A stretch of 64,000 nucleotides of DNA, taken from IMG/VR virus record IMGVR_UViG_3300022902_000006, one strand, 5' to 3'. Under the pieces are notes generated by a model, which was not told where the DNA came from, ran no database searches, and saw nothing but the letters and a program-made list of their open reading frames with translations. The position numbers and the translations under genes are program-made. Position 1 is the stretch's first letter. The number at the start of each line of letters is the position of its first letter. This stretch comes from a virus. This document shows positions 1 through 9,471 of this stretch, piece after piece.

Positions 1-95
1 CTGCTGCCGCCAACTCCTGCCAAAGACAGTCCTGCTCGTGCTCAGCACCAGCGGGATCGTACTCCGACATGTGTTCGAAGCAAGGAAGTAGCTCG

Positions 96-596
96 TCACT
101 CATTGGTGTCCTCGGCGGGCTCTTCCTCAACCTCCACGTACATCTGGCGGTCGTTCCAGTCGACGTAGTTGCGCACGGCGCGGGCCAGGGCCTTCATGCG
201 CCCGTTGAGGGGGTTGTACGCGTCGCCGGGGCAGGTGGGGTTGAGGTCCACCAGCTCCTTCCAGCGGAAGCACGCGGTGCAGGGCGAGGGCACCTTGAAG
301 CGGGGACCACCAGTGTGACGCTTGGTGGCACCGACGTACACACCACCGGGAGGCGGCGGGGCCTCGTTTTCGGTGCTCTCCACCAAATCTTCGGGGGGCA
401 GCGGGTACAACATGGCGACGGTGAAGTCCCCACCCTCGCGCTGATGCCGGTACGTGACGCGGTAGTTGCTAGTCAGGAGCAGCGCCATGGCGTTGCTGTC
501 CTGCCACTCCTTGGAGTAGCGCTTGCAGGTTTTCCAGATGCACGTTTCCTCGATGGAGGTCAGAGCGGGGATCTTCTTCTCGGATGCGTCAGGCAT
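96..596 (-). CDS. hypothetical protein (166 aa)
   Basis: ORF in a tightly packed minus-strand run; acidic C-terminus; no recognisable motif. Confidence 0.6.
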   Translation of the reverse strand: MPDASEKKIPALTSIEETCIWKTCKRYSKEWQDSNAMALLLTSNYRVTYRHQREGGDFTVAMLYPLPPEDLVESTENEAPPPPGGVYVGATKRHTGGPRFKVPSPCTACFRWKELVDLNPTCPGDAYNPLNGRMKALARAVRNYVDWNDRQMYVEVEEEPAEDTNE

Positions 597-597
597 C

Positions 598-1080
598 TTA
601 TTCAGTCCTTTTTCTTACGGGTTGTTGCTTCTTGGTTGGCGTGTAGAAGGGTACTTGTTGCATCCCGCGCTTACGGTCGAGACCGAGACGCCGCCTTTTG
701 GTGTGGCGCCGCTTCATTTCGAATAACCGTAATACGAACTCTTTGAACGACAACATGTGCGCAGAGCTACAGCGTAGACGCCCTTCCAACAGGGTGGCTT
801 CCTGCGTGAGTATGTGTTTCTTGATGCGTGCTTCTGGAGTTCTACCCCAACCACGGTGTGCCTCATTTTTCCAGAGTGCACAGAAGAGGCAATCACATTT
901 TAAGCCAGCAATGCCCGCTTCTTCGTCTGCGAGAAACGTCTCCCGGCGAGCGGTGTACAACGGAACACAGCGCACTACTCGTTGTGCAACCGGAGCAAGG
1001 AACGTTGCTGTTGGACTGGTGCTCCAATGGACCTCGTTTTCCAGGGGACCAAGGCTCAGTGATCCACACTTTGAACACAT
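598..1080 (-). CDS. hypothetical Cys-containing basic protein (about 161 aa)
   Basis: 3' part of the 598..1383 frame fills the gap between neighbours; ATG at 1080 (MCSKC) with AGGAGG further upstream; CxxC and CDCLFC motifs; start uncertain. Confidence 0.45.
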   Translation of the reverse strand: MCSKCGSLSLGPLENEVHWSTSPTATFLAPVAQRVVRCVPLYTARRETFLADEEAGIAGLKCDCLFCALWKNEAHRGWGRTPEARIKKHILTQEATLLEGRLRCSSAHMLSFKEFVLRLFEMKRRHTKRRRLGLDRKRGMQQVPFYTPTKKQQPVRKRTE

Positions 1081-1144
1081 GCCCAAATTGATGCGGGGCC
1101 ACCCCTCCTGTATGCACGGAAGCACCAGGGGGCACCCCTGGCAC

Positions 1145-1528
1145 TCAGGACTTAGAATCAGACCCGAAGTCGGCGGGGTCAAAATTGTCCCAGAAATCCT
1201 CTGCGAACGGACGCCCCTCGCTACGGACGACGCGCTCAAGAAGTAGCGCACGGAGGAACCGTTCGTCATGGAGGCACTGTGTAACAAGGGCGTTGAGCAG
1301 GGATTGTTCCTCATCATCGTCCAGCCTCGTGAAGTCTTGCACCTTTCCTGCGTAGTGACACGACACGCACCAGCAAGATGCACCGGTGTCCCAGTTGTGC
1401 CCTGTTGTCCCCTTCGAGCCGTCGTCGTGCATGGTCACAGTGGCCCGGCACTCGATGTTAAATGGGCCGTACTCCTTGCATTTGGGACACCGAAGCCCCG
1501 CAAGACAATTTTCGTTGTGTGCGGTCAT
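1145..1528 (-). CDS. hypothetical Zn-ribbon protein (127 aa)
   Basis: CPKC and CVSC pairs; 1-nt overlap with upstream ORF. Confidence 0.65.
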   Translation of the reverse strand: MTAHNENCLAGLRCPKCKEYGPFNIECRATVTMHDDGSKGTTGHNWDTGASCWCVSCHYAGKVQDFTRLDDDEEQSLLNALVTQCLHDERFLRALLLERVVRSEGRPFAEDFWDNFDPADFGSDSKS

Positions 1529-1845
1529 CAGAACCCCAGTTTAAGTTGCCCCGGCGAAGGGTCTTTACGACGGAGCTTGCGCCCTCGTTTCGTGGTGATA
1601 CGGGGGATACGCGCCCCCGTATTATCGAGCATGTACTCCATGGTATGGAAGCAATTACTGATGTGGCGCATCGCTGCGACCTTGGGCCAATCCTCTACAT
1701 CAGCGTGGAAATGGAACAACCACCCCAAGTAACGCCGCAGCTTGGCAGCGTCTTCATCGCCGAGAGTGTGCCCCAACTTCTTCAGGGGGCCGAGCTTGGA
1801 CTGCCTGCCCGAGTACGGGCGTCGGAAGAGGCCATCACCCGCCAT
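1528..1845 (-). CDS. hypothetical protein (105 aa)
   Basis: Packs between neighbours with start/stop overlap. Confidence 0.55.
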   Translation of the reverse strand: MAGDGLFRRPYSGRQSKLGPLKKLGHTLGDEDAAKLRRYLGWLFHFHADVEDWPKVAAMRHISNCFHTMEYMLDNTGARIPRITTKRGRKLRRKDPSPGQLKLGF

Positions 1846-1892
1846 CGTGGGGCTCCGGTTTACCCGGTAAATCGAAGTTGGTCATCAGTCTC

Positions 1893-2699
1893 CTAGATAA
1901 CAGCAGAGCCCCACACCCAGCGCACTGGGATGTTGGGGGTTTCAGGATGGAACTCGTTGTTTCCGTACGAGTCGTCGATGTCAGTGAGGGCCACATCAGC
2001 AGTCAACCCGGGGAGTATCTTGCGAGCGTCACCACAAAGAGTGTACAGCTTCGCGTCACCAAGATGGCGTTCAATGCGCGGGAGTACCCAGTTGCGTAGG
2101 GGCTTCGACCTCTCCACGAGAGTCACCGTCTTGACAGTTCTCTTGCGAGTCACGTCGATGAGTTGGTGTCCGAGGCCCAGACCGGCGATGACCGTGTGCT
2201 TGCGCGCCTTGGTGACCCCTGGACGCAGCGTCATGATCTCCATCGGGGTTAGAGACATCCAGGTCTTATCACGACCACCATCGCCTCGCCGAAGTGAGGG
2301 GATAACGACGTCCCCGTCGAAAGCGACCCAACCGATGCGGTTGCCGCAGGCAGTATAAAGGCGCGTGTGCTTCGGCAGGATGGCGTTGAGGTAGTGCATA
2401 TCCGTACCGGGGATGCTGATGTACTCAGATGGCGTCATGTTCTTGCGTACTTGGTTTTCGGTGGGGCGCAGTTCGGGAGCCAGGTTCCGAGACCCCAACC
2501 AACGATTGTAGCTGTCAGCGGAGATCATCATCCACTCGCGCCACTTCATCTTCGGGTTCCATGGTACTGCGTTCTTGGCGTCCTTCTTTATGAACTGTGC
2601 TACCTCTTTCCCGAGCGCATCAATGCGCTTCTTGAAGAGTATGTACGGGATCATTGCTTGCTCTATTCTCCGCAACTCCCGCATGGCCCATAAGCTCAC
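1893..2699 (-). CDS. class I SAM-dependent methyltransferase / spermidine-synthase-like fold protein
   Basis: VIAGLGLG motif I, VTLVERS acidic motif II, GDARKIL and VALTDI downstream strands. Confidence 0.65.
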   Translation of the reverse strand: MSLWAMRELRRIEQAMIPYILFKKRIDALGKEVAQFIKKDAKNAVPWNPKMKWREWMMISADSYNRWLGSRNLAPELRPTENQVRKNMTPSEYISIPGTDMHYLNAILPKHTRLYTACGNRIGWVAFDGDVVIPSLRRGDGGRDKTWMSLTPMEIMTLRPGVTKARKHTVIAGLGLGHQLIDVTRKRTVKTVTLVERSKPLRNWVLPRIERHLGDAKLYTLCGDARKILPGLTADVALTDIDDSYGNNEFHPETPNIPVRWVWGSAVI

Positions 2700-3349
2700 C
2701 CGGTGCCTCCTTCGGCAAAATGCTTATCCATGTCTCTGAGTTCAGCTAATCGCTTTGTGTGGTAGTCGTGGCTGTAGTCCACAAAGATATGGTGCTGACT
2801 AATACACGCCGTCACCATATCCATGCGCAGGCTTTGTTCGTGTACCTGAACACCGTTGAGTACCGCGTGAGACCCCGGCGAGATGTAGTATTGCACTAAG
2901 CGGAGCACGTCGAACGTCTGGTCGTTACCTACGAAGGGGTACAACCACAAGGGGACCCCGGCGATGTCCGCGTACGCCTGGCGCTGTTCCTTGGCCCAAT
3001 CCAACGGTGGAACAGGGTGTCGTCGCAGTGCGTTTATCAGCGCCAGTTCGCCGAAGTGGTGAGACCACGACGCGTTCTTACCAACAACGACAATGGGCCA
3101 CTTATCTTTGGACCCAGTGCGGGTCACTACTAGCCCCGTGCTCGTGGCCATGGTGCTTTGCCGCAGGATGTAGAGCACGGTTGATTTACACGCTTTGGAT
3201 AGATCACGGTTACGACCAACCTCCGTTGTAACCCTGATCTTGATATCGAAGTCGTGCACAAGGAGCTTGGCGAGTCTGCGCAACTCTTCCCACTTCTCGT
3301 CTACGATGTGGAAAGAAACAGGGGTGCTTACTTGAGAGAGGAAGTCCAC
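2696..3349 (-). CDS. hypothetical protein (217 aa)
   Basis: 4-nt overlap with next gene; no motif recognised. Confidence 0.6.
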   Translation of the reverse strand: MDFLSQVSTPVSFHIVDEKWEELRRLAKLLVHDFDIKIRVTTEVGRNRDLSKACKSTVLYILRQSTMATSTGLVVTRTGSKDKWPIVVVGKNASWSHHFGELALINALRRHPVPPLDWAKEQRQAYADIAGVPLWLYPFVGNDQTFDVLRLVQYYISPGSHAVLNGVQVHEQSLRMDMVTACISQHHIFVDYSHDYHTKRLAELRDMDKHFAEGGTG

Positions 3350-3768
3350 GGCGACCCTGCGTTTGAACCCATGGAGAGGTTATCGAAGATGTCGTTAAGC
3401 TCCCCACTCTTCAGCATCTGTGCGAATTTATCAATCTTGGGCACCCCCTGGAAGCTCCCCAAGACGCGTACCCACATGCGAGCTGGAATAACCCCGGTAC
3501 CAAGCCCCAGGTTCAAGAGCTGCTGGAGTGTATTGAAGAAAGGGATGATCGTACGTACGAGGAGTTCGAACAGTTTGTGGGCCTCCATCGTCTTCACTAT
3601 GTGTGCTGCGTTATCTGCCGACGCTTGTGCCGAAAGGGACACGCAGGTCTGCGATAGGCTCTCATGTGAGGAGGCGATGCGCTGCAGGGAGTTGGACCCT
3701 AGTTGGATGCACTCAAGGATGCTCTGCCCCGTGGGGGTACTGAAGAACTCACCCAGCTCAGTTGGCAT
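3328..3768 (-). CDS. hypothetical helical protein (about 146 aa)
   Basis: Start re-picked at ATG 3768 (MPTELGEFF), overlapping the end of 3758..4156. Confidence 0.55.
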   Translation of the reverse strand: MPTELGEFFSTPTGQSILECIQLGSNSLQRIASSHESLSQTCVSLSAQASADNAAHIVKTMEAHKLFELLVRTIIPFFNTLQQLLNLGLGTGVIPARMWVRVLGSFQGVPKIDKFAQMLKSGELNDIFDNLSMGSNAGSPWTSSLK

Positions 3769-4156
3769 CGCCGCTTGCACCCTTCTTCTCTTTCTCGTAG
3801 TCCTGCCGTAGAGCAACACCACCCCACCACACGATGAACTCGGGGTTGATGTCGTCACCTTTGAGGAGGTCTTCCATCTCCTGTTGTAGCCCCTCCTTGA
3901 AGCCCGGCGAGCGGTGCACGTCTTCCCCACGATTGAACTTGTCCAAGAGGCCAATCTTCTCAGCGACCCTGGCCTCTACACCCTTCATGGTGTTGGCGTA
4001 CTCACATGCAGGGCAGTTTGGAAGATGTGCACGTAGCCACTCAACACGTTTCGCCGGTTCACGGGCGTAGAAGCGGCCTGCCTCAACCGTCTCTTCGCAG
4101 TACCCTGAGCGCCAGATGTCATTGAGCTTGTCAGCATTGGATTTGGTGGTTGTCAT
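3758..4156 (-). CDS. hypothetical protein with CPAC motif (132 aa)
   Basis: Coupled ORF; C..H..CxxC possible zinc site. Confidence 0.6.
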   Translation of the reverse strand: MTTTKSNADKLNDIWRSGYCEETVEAGRFYAREPAKRVEWLRAHLPNCPACEYANTMKGVEARVAEKIGLLDKFNRGEDVHRSPGFKEGLQQEMEDLLKGDDINPEFIVWWGGVALRQDYEKEKKGASGDAN

Positions 4157-4644
4157 ACTGCACTCTCCCAGATGACGTTCCCCGGCTTCATGCGGTCACA
4201 GGGGTCGTACCCCCTCTTGGACCACTTCTTCGCGAGTTCGTCCGCTCGTGCGTGTGTGATGTAGCAGTGGTCAGCGACGGCCCAGAGGTACCAGGTGATG
4301 GAACGCCCCGTGGTGACGGAGCGCCCGCGCTGTCCGAAGTCTGTGATGCGCTTGTTCGCGTGGTCGTACCCAAGACAATCGGTGCCGTGGTAGCGGAAGA
4401 GGATGAGACCCTCGGGGTAGTGGCACCCCCGCCTTTCAGCCTGTGCGGTATCTACGGACGGGGGTTGCCCCTGCTGCAAACACACCAAGCGGCGTTCGCA
4501 CCCTTCGCAGCATGTACCTTCGTCCCAGGACGGGAGCCGCATTGCACCTGTGACTACCACAGAATGGTTGCCACCATTGCCAGAGAAACCAGTGCGCAGA
4601 GCCTCGCTCAGCTCTTTGGACCGCAACTCATTTGATGAGGGCAT
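4153..4644 (-). CDS. hypothetical Cys-rich protein (163 aa)
   Basis: Overlaps both neighbours by 1-4 nt; CCEGC motif. Confidence 0.6.
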   Translation of the reverse strand: MPSSNELRSKELSEALRTGFSGNGGNHSVVVTGAMRLPSWDEGTCCEGCERRLVCLQQGQPPSVDTAQAERRGCHYPEGLILFRYHGTDCLGYDHANKRITDFGQRGRSVTTGRSITWYLWAVADHCYITHARADELAKKWSKRGYDPCDRMKPGNVIWESAV

Positions 4645-5099
4645 TACTTGTTATGCGTGCATGTGGGGCCGTCCGAGACGCGGATCAGCTCCATGCTGGC
4701 GAGCGCGGTGTTGTCAGGGAGTTCCGGGTCGGACATTACGCAGTTGAGACACGTGGGGCGCGTACAGAGGGGGAGGCAAGCACTGAACCGGAGAGCATGG
4801 CACCCAAGACGATACATCGCTGCTCTTGCCTGCATTGAGTCACCTGTCTGAAGGAGTTGATCCATGATGTTACTTGCTATTTCTGGAACTACGAGTTCGC
4901 ATTCGTGCACGAGGTTGTGCATCACGACACAGTAGTGTCGGTACAGATCGGTGAAAGTTTTATCTATGCGCAACCACGTCCCTACGTTCTGATGTGCCAA
5001 CGCAAGCATCCCCTTGGTGGCAGGGGTGATGGTCCACTGCAACATGGGGGATACTGGGATTACAACGTCAGTCAGCGATTGGCCGTCTATGAACAGCAC
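4644..5099 (-). CDS. hypothetical protein (about 151 aa)
   Basis: GTG at 5099 preceded by GAGGAGG RBS; C-terminal CxxxCxxxxCxxC; the longer track ORF overlaps the exonuclease and is unlikely. Confidence 0.6.
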   Translation of the reverse strand: MLFIDGQSLTDVVIPVSPMLQWTITPATKGMLALAHQNVGTWLRIDKTFTDLYRHYCVVMHNLVHECELVVPEIASNIMDQLLQTGDSMQARAAMYRLGCHALRFSACLPLCTRPTCLNCVMSDPELPDNTALASMELIRVSDGPTCTHNK

Positions 5100-5802
5100 G
5101 GTAGTCCTCCTCGATGGAGCGTACCACGCGGAGGGACATGTCCGCATCCCCCATCGCGGTGTGCATTGCGAGGTCCGCAGCACCGGGGAACAAGGAGGAG
5201 GCGAGACGCTCCAGGCTGTAGCCAGGGCGCTTTGTACCGTTGCGGATGTCGAGGTAGCGCGACACCGCCATGAGGTCGAGCGGGTGGTAGTGGAATGGCC
5301 AGCGCAGAGACCGCTCATCTTCTTCGTCCAGCACCTCGAAGTTACTGTCGTCGGTCCACTCACCGTGGCCGTGACTTGTGCTGAGGTAGTGGCCCCGGAA
5401 GAGGCGCTTGATGAACTGCATGTCGAAGTTTGTGTTCCAACCCACAGCGACGACACGCTTGTTGTTCTTGATCTCAAAGTTGCGGCGCAACCATTCGTTG
5501 AACTTCATCCAGGCCATGAGGGGGGACAGCGCCGAGCGGTACCGCTCACACACAGGGGTGTACACCCAGTTGTGCCCGTTGATTTCAATGGCACGGGGAT
5601 TGATCAGCGGTGCAACGGGTGCCTCCTTCCTTACCGGGTGTGCGATGGGCTTGATGAGGGTCAGGAACGGTTCTGCGTCCGGGTGCAGCTCCAGATCCGG
5701 GGTGAGGATCTTGGCACCCAGCTCGATGGTGGCGTGTTCGCGTGGGTTGAGACCGGTGGTTTCGGTGTCCAGGAGAACGTACCCGATGTCGTCGATGTGC
5801 AT
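5068..5802 (-). CDS. DEDDh 3'-5' exonuclease (DnaQ/epsilon-like)
   Basis: VLLDTETTGL (ExoI), WNTNFDMQF (ExoII), HTAMGDA (ExoIII). Confidence 0.85.
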   Translation of the reverse strand: MHIDDIGYVLLDTETTGLNPREHATIELGAKILTPDLELHPDAEPFLTLIKPIAHPVRKEAPVAPLINPRAIEINGHNWVYTPVCERYRSALSPLMAWMKFNEWLRRNFEIKNNKRVVAVGWNTNFDMQFIKRLFRGHYLSTSHGHGEWTDDSNFEVLDEEDERSLRWPFHYHPLDLMAVSRYLDIRNGTKRPGYSLERLASSLFPGAADLAMHTAMGDADMSLRVVRSIEEDYRAVHRRPIAD

Positions 5803-6029
5803 CAGTCGCTCTCGCTCTCCTCACCGTCCGCGTTCGGATCCTCCACAGGCGCGTCCTCGGGGATGCTGTCCACTACCTCGAAGGTCGTGGTGGTGCTCTC
5901 CTTCTCCATCCCGATGGGGGCCTCCATCTTCTCGCGTAGCTCCACCATCTCCACGGCACCCTCGGGAGTGACATCGTCCCCGTCCACGGTGTAGTACCGG
6001 ATGGTCTCTATGGTTGCTTTAACAATCAT
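5802..6029 (-). CDS. small acidic hypothetical protein (75 aa)
   Basis: Overlap-coupled to both neighbours. Confidence 0.6.
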   Translation of the reverse strand: MIVKATIETIRYYTVDGDDVTPEGAVEMVELREKMEAPIGMEKESTTTTFEVVDSIPEDAPVEDPNADGEESESD

Positions 6030-6295
6030 GAGTCTTTGTAACTCTCCTTCCCGCGTGACGTAGCAACTAATCGCGGGGGTGATTCACCATTCATGATGAG
6101 GCGATGCTCCGCCTCCAGTTCACTGATTGCGTCGTACACCTGGCCCTGCAACGTGATCGCCACGAGATGGGCCTTTCTGTTGATGTTGGGGTACAGAGCA
6201 GCGGCAAGCTCTTCTCTGCTCATGGGGTCCTCCGCTTTGTTGATGATTCCAAGGACCCGACTCTTCACACTCGACTTCGTGGGGATTGCACTCAT
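6026..6295 (-). CDS. small winged-helix-like protein (89 aa)
   Basis: VLGII..PMSREELAAAL..VYDAISELEAEHRL pattern typical of wHTH. Confidence 0.5.
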   Translation of the reverse strand: MSAIPTKSSVKSRVLGIINKAEDPMSREELAAALYPNINRKAHLVAITLQGQVYDAISELEAEHRLIMNGESPPRLVATSRGKESYKDS

Positions 6296-6912
6296 TTCTT
6301 GCCCTTCTCATGCTCGTAGTACCTCACCGCGTGTGCCGCCACCGTGTCGAATGCCTCTGGACCCCCGAAAGGGAAGGTCGTGCGCAGATTATGCCAGGCA
6401 CGCCCAATACCGTATGCTGCCTGGTCGTCGTGCACATCCGTCTGGCGCCGGTGCAGCGCGACGTACCCGGAGGTTAGCTCCGCGAAGTTGGTGGCTTGGC
6501 GCATGGTGATCTCCGTCCACGGAGGGAGGGGGTCATCGTTAGCGTGGGATTTACCCGGTAAATCAAGGTCCTCCCCAGCCTGCGCGACGATGCGGTCAAA
6601 CTCTATGGCACCTGCGGGGTACTCGGCGCGGATGCAGAAGATACCCAACACGAACCCCCACGCACGTACGTGGATGGGTACTGTCTTGTGCGCTGCGATC
6701 CACTGCACGAAGTTGTTACCGAAGGTGCTGGCTTCCTCCAGGATGTAGTCCTGGTGTGCCTCGGCTTGCGCAACAGGATCCACGTGCCCACCTTGATGAA
6801 CCTGTGCATCATCTTGTCCGAGGAACGTTTGGGCGAACTGATCCCCGAAGTGCTCACCGTCCGGCTTAGCTGGTTTGTTCGTTAGGCGTGTTGGGTTTAT
6901 TGTATCAGGCAT
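6292..6912 (-). CDS. hypothetical protein (206 aa)
   Basis: Overlap-coupled ORF. Confidence 0.6.
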   Translation of the reverse strand: MPDTINPTRLTNKPAKPDGEHFGDQFAQTFLGQDDAQVHQGGHVDPVAQAEAHQDYILEEASTFGNNFVQWIAAHKTVPIHVRAWGFVLGIFCIRAEYPAGAIEFDRIVAQAGEDLDLPGKSHANDDPLPPWTEITMRQATNFAELTSGYVALHRRQTDVHDDQAAYGIGRAWHNLRTTFPFGGPEAFDTVAAHAVRYYEHEKGKK

Positions 6913-7531
6913 CGTCCTGGTCCTCGCTTATTGTGTCTGCGTCAGGTTCTTCGTCTTTACGTAGGTACGGAGGCGTTGTACGGAGCCCTGTTAGCTCCCC
7001 AAAAGGTGTACCGGCACGCCTATACCCCTCCAGGACTTCCTTGTGAAGGGGTGAGAAGTGTCCGACGTACTTGGCTTCGTATGCAACACGTCCGCGTATC
7101 AATACACGGCTGGCTGCTGCAGGGCGTAAGTCCCCCAGTCGAACACGTATAGGGGCGCACCCACTGATGCACGGAGGCAAGGTTTGGACACACGTGCACA
7201 TACCTATGCGCCCCCCGTTGATGGGGCAGCGTATATGGATGGAGAGCTTTTCGTAGAACGCGATGTCCAACGTGTCGCTCTCTTCGTCGTCTACCTCGAT
7301 CGGGGAGTGGTTGGCGCAGAAGAATTGCAGCGCACTCTCCTCGAATTCGAAGAGGCTTTGGCACATGGCGTAGTCATCCAAGGGGTGCTGTGCTTCAACC
7401 ACAATCGCGTCCATGCTGCAGTCGTGACAGGTGGGTGTGAGTAACTCCAGTTCATCATCAGTGAGTTGGCGTGCGGGTTTGAACATCCCCGCCCAATCGT
7501 GGACGCCGCTACCGGAGGACTCGGACGCCAT
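6905..7531 (-). CDS. hypothetical Cys-rich protein (about 208 aa)
   Basis: Start re-picked at ATG 7531 (AAGGA upstream); CHDC, FCANH and CTC motifs. Confidence 0.55.
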   Translation of the reverse strand: MASESSGSGVHDWAGMFKPARQLTDDELELLTPTCHDCSMDAIVVEAQHPLDDYAMCQSLFEFEESALQFFCANHSPIEVDDEESDTLDIAFYEKLSIHIRCPINGGRIGMCTCVQTLPPCISGCAPIRVRLGDLRPAAASRVLIRGRVAYEAKYVGHFSPLHKEVLEGYRRAGTPFGELTGLRTTPPYLRKDEEPDADTISEDQDDA

Positions 7532-7817
7532 CTTTATCCTTGAAAGTCTGCATCTCGCGCTTTCGCTCAGCGGGGTCGTAGTCGATGGGGCCACGTGCCA
7601 TCTCACAGGGTCCGATGACTTGGTCAGCCTCCACGATGTAAGGCACCGCGAGTTCACCAGCAGCTACGCGTGTGACCCCCGGGGGAAACACCTGCCCAGG
7701 ACCTTCGTGTGCCGCGTACTTGCTACGTGGGATGCACCACCCGCTCCCGATATGCTTCTCACCGGGTCCGAGACTGGGGTCGTAATTCTCGCACTGGCCG
7801 CAGGGTAATTCGTTCAT
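7509..7817 (-). CDS. hypothetical protein (102 aa)
   Basis: CGQC..GWC motif; coupled ORF. Confidence 0.6.
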   Translation of the reverse strand: MNELPCGQCENYDPSLGPGEKHIGSGWCIPRSKYAAHEGPGQVFPPGVTRVAAGELAVPYIVEADQVIGPCEMARGPIDYDPAERKREMQTFKDKDGVRVLR

Positions 7818-8209
7818 GTCGCCTCCAAACGGATGCCACCCAGGGCACCCGGATTAGTTATGTTCAGTCTGTGCAGTATGGCATATAAACGATTGAAGCC
7901 GCGCACTTCGTCAGTCTCATCCCGTAGGAATATTGATTGCCGCACACCGTCCACTCGGTAAAGCGGCGCACCCCTGACGCACTCACTTGCGATGATCTCA
8001 AACCCATCGAGGTGGGCATCCGAAGAGCCCAGCATATCCAACACCGTGTCCACCGCGCACTCCACGCCCCGGCGTCCCTCTGTCTCTGGAACAAGGATGC
8101 GCCCAATCCCACCAATACACATGAGGGCAATGGTCCCCGGAGGTGGGAGGTCGTCACCTTCAGGTGCGTCAAACATCCGCCACGGGTCTGCATGTGGGTC
8201 AGGGCTCAC
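7814..8209 (-). CDS. hypothetical protein (131 aa)
   Basis: 4-nt overlaps with neighbours. Confidence 0.6.
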   Translation of the reverse strand: MSPDPHADPWRMFDAPEGDDLPPPGTIALMCIGGIGRILVPETEGRRGVECAVDTVLDMLGSSDAHLDGFEIIASECVRGAPLYRVDGVRQSIFLRDETDEVRGFNRLYAILHRLNITNPGALGGIRLEAT

Positions 8210-8451
8210 AGGGACACCAACTTTCCGTCGAGGAATGGATCCTCACAACGGGTGTGTACGAATTCGTAGTCGGTGCCCAGCTCCAACCCGCGTTCGGTGA
8301 GGCTGTTCGGATTGATGGCCTGTGGGTCCAGGAGGATGAACACCATATGGATGCGGTTCCCTTTTTCAAAGGGGCGTCTGCACGCAGCACAGATGTGGTC
8401 AGGGACACGCTTTTGTAGCCGGTCCTGGTTGAAGGTCTCTTCGTGTGGCAT
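8206..8451 (-). CDS. small Zn-finger-like protein (81 aa)
   Basis: CAAC..HTRC motif; coupled to RNase HII stop. Confidence 0.6.
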   Translation of the reverse strand: MPHEETFNQDRLQKRVPDHICAACRRPFEKGNRIHMVFILLDPQAINPNSLTERGLELGTDYEFVHTRCEDPFLDGKLVSL

Positions 8452-9074
8452 TACAAACGCTCCTTCACAGTCTTGTAGCTCTTGCGGTGGTGTGCTGTGA
8501 CGCCGTGTTCATCGAGAGCGGCACGATGTTTCTTGGATGGGTAACCGTTGTTCGACGCCCAATCGTAGCGACCGTCCTCTGCGTGCAACGCACACATCTG
8601 TCGAACCTGTTCTGCCTTGGCCAGGATGGATGCGGCCCCCACTTGCCACACCAGGGTGTCAGCCTTGGGCAAGAGGCGGTACTCGAACCTCTGTTCTCCG
8701 AGGTCCATGTCTCCATCTATCGTTATTCGGTACTTCGCTGGGTCCGCGTGACCCAATACCACGATGCGCTCAAGGAGGCGGTGCACACAGGTCGCCGTAG
8801 CTTGCTTCAACGCACGACTTACACCCAGTGCGTCGATTGTGCCTGGGGACTGCGCGAATAGGCTGTATTCGATGCAGCGCTGCTTGATGAGGCGCTCGAA
8901 GTTCTCATGCAACTTATTGGGTACGCTCTTCGAATCCCCGATAGGGAGGTCATCACGCCGTTCGCGCTTCAACACAATTCTTCGTACGCTGGAGTCGAAA
9001 GCCACCGCTGCCACGATGAGTGGCCCTGCGATAGACCCGTAGCCTACTTCGTCTGCGCCTATGACCAGATTCAT
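8451..9074 (-). CDS. rnhB: ribonuclease HII
   Basis: IGADEVGYGSIAGPLIVAAV, GDSK, IDGD, KAD..VGAASILAK, NNGYPSKKH; start re-picked at ATG 9074. Confidence 0.9.
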   Translation of the reverse strand: MNLVIGADEVGYGSIAGPLIVAAVAFDSSVRRIVLKRERRDDLPIGDSKSVPNKLHENFERLIKQRCIEYSLFAQSPGTIDALGVSRALKQATATCVHRLLERIVVLGHADPAKYRITIDGDMDLGEQRFEYRLLPKADTLVWQVGAASILAKAEQVRQMCALHAEDGRYDWASNNGYPSKKHRAALDEHGVTAHHRKSYKTVKERL

Positions 9075-9463
9075 TTCTTTTTCCGGGGGATGAAGACGCT
9101 CTTTCCACAGTAGCGGCAGATAACGAACTTGGCGGGGGGTCCTGTAACACGACCACCGTTGCAGTTGGGGCACATGATAATGCGCGTCCCCTTGGCACGA
9201 GAGCTGCGCCGCCCCTTCCTCATTGGGGCACGAGGAGTACGGATAATAGGTGCCACGCCTTTCATCTGCATTAATGCAGTCATCGTCAACCCTAGAACCT
9301 TTGCGAGGTTGTAGAGCTGCGTGTAGTTGACCACAGTCTGACCATTCTCGATGGCCGTGTAATGCGGACGAGAGATACCCAGCCCCAGTGCAACCTCATT
9401 CTGTGTGAGCCCTTTCTTGAGGCGCAGTGTAGCCAGCTTTCGTGTCCAAATCTCGTACTCCAT
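9071..9463 (-). CDS. XRE/Cro-family HTH regulator with C-terminal Zn ribbon
   Basis: LATLRLKKGLTQNEVALGLGISRPHYTAIENG helix-turn-helix; CPNC..CRYC tail. Confidence 0.85.
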   Translation of the reverse strand: MEYEIWTRKLATLRLKKGLTQNEVALGLGISRPHYTAIENGQTVVNYTQLYNLAKVLGLTMTALMQMKGVAPIIRTPRAPMRKGRRSSRAKGTRIIMCPNCNGGRVTGPPAKFVICRYCGKSVFIPRKKK

Positions 9464-9471
9464 TGTGTCTC

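Noticed and set aside
5014-5994. 326-aa plus-strand ORF (and similar ORFs at 36019, 37415, 44931, 47833, 56535)
   Set aside because: Antisense to genes with clear motifs (exonuclease, NrdJ, vWA, AAA, primase)
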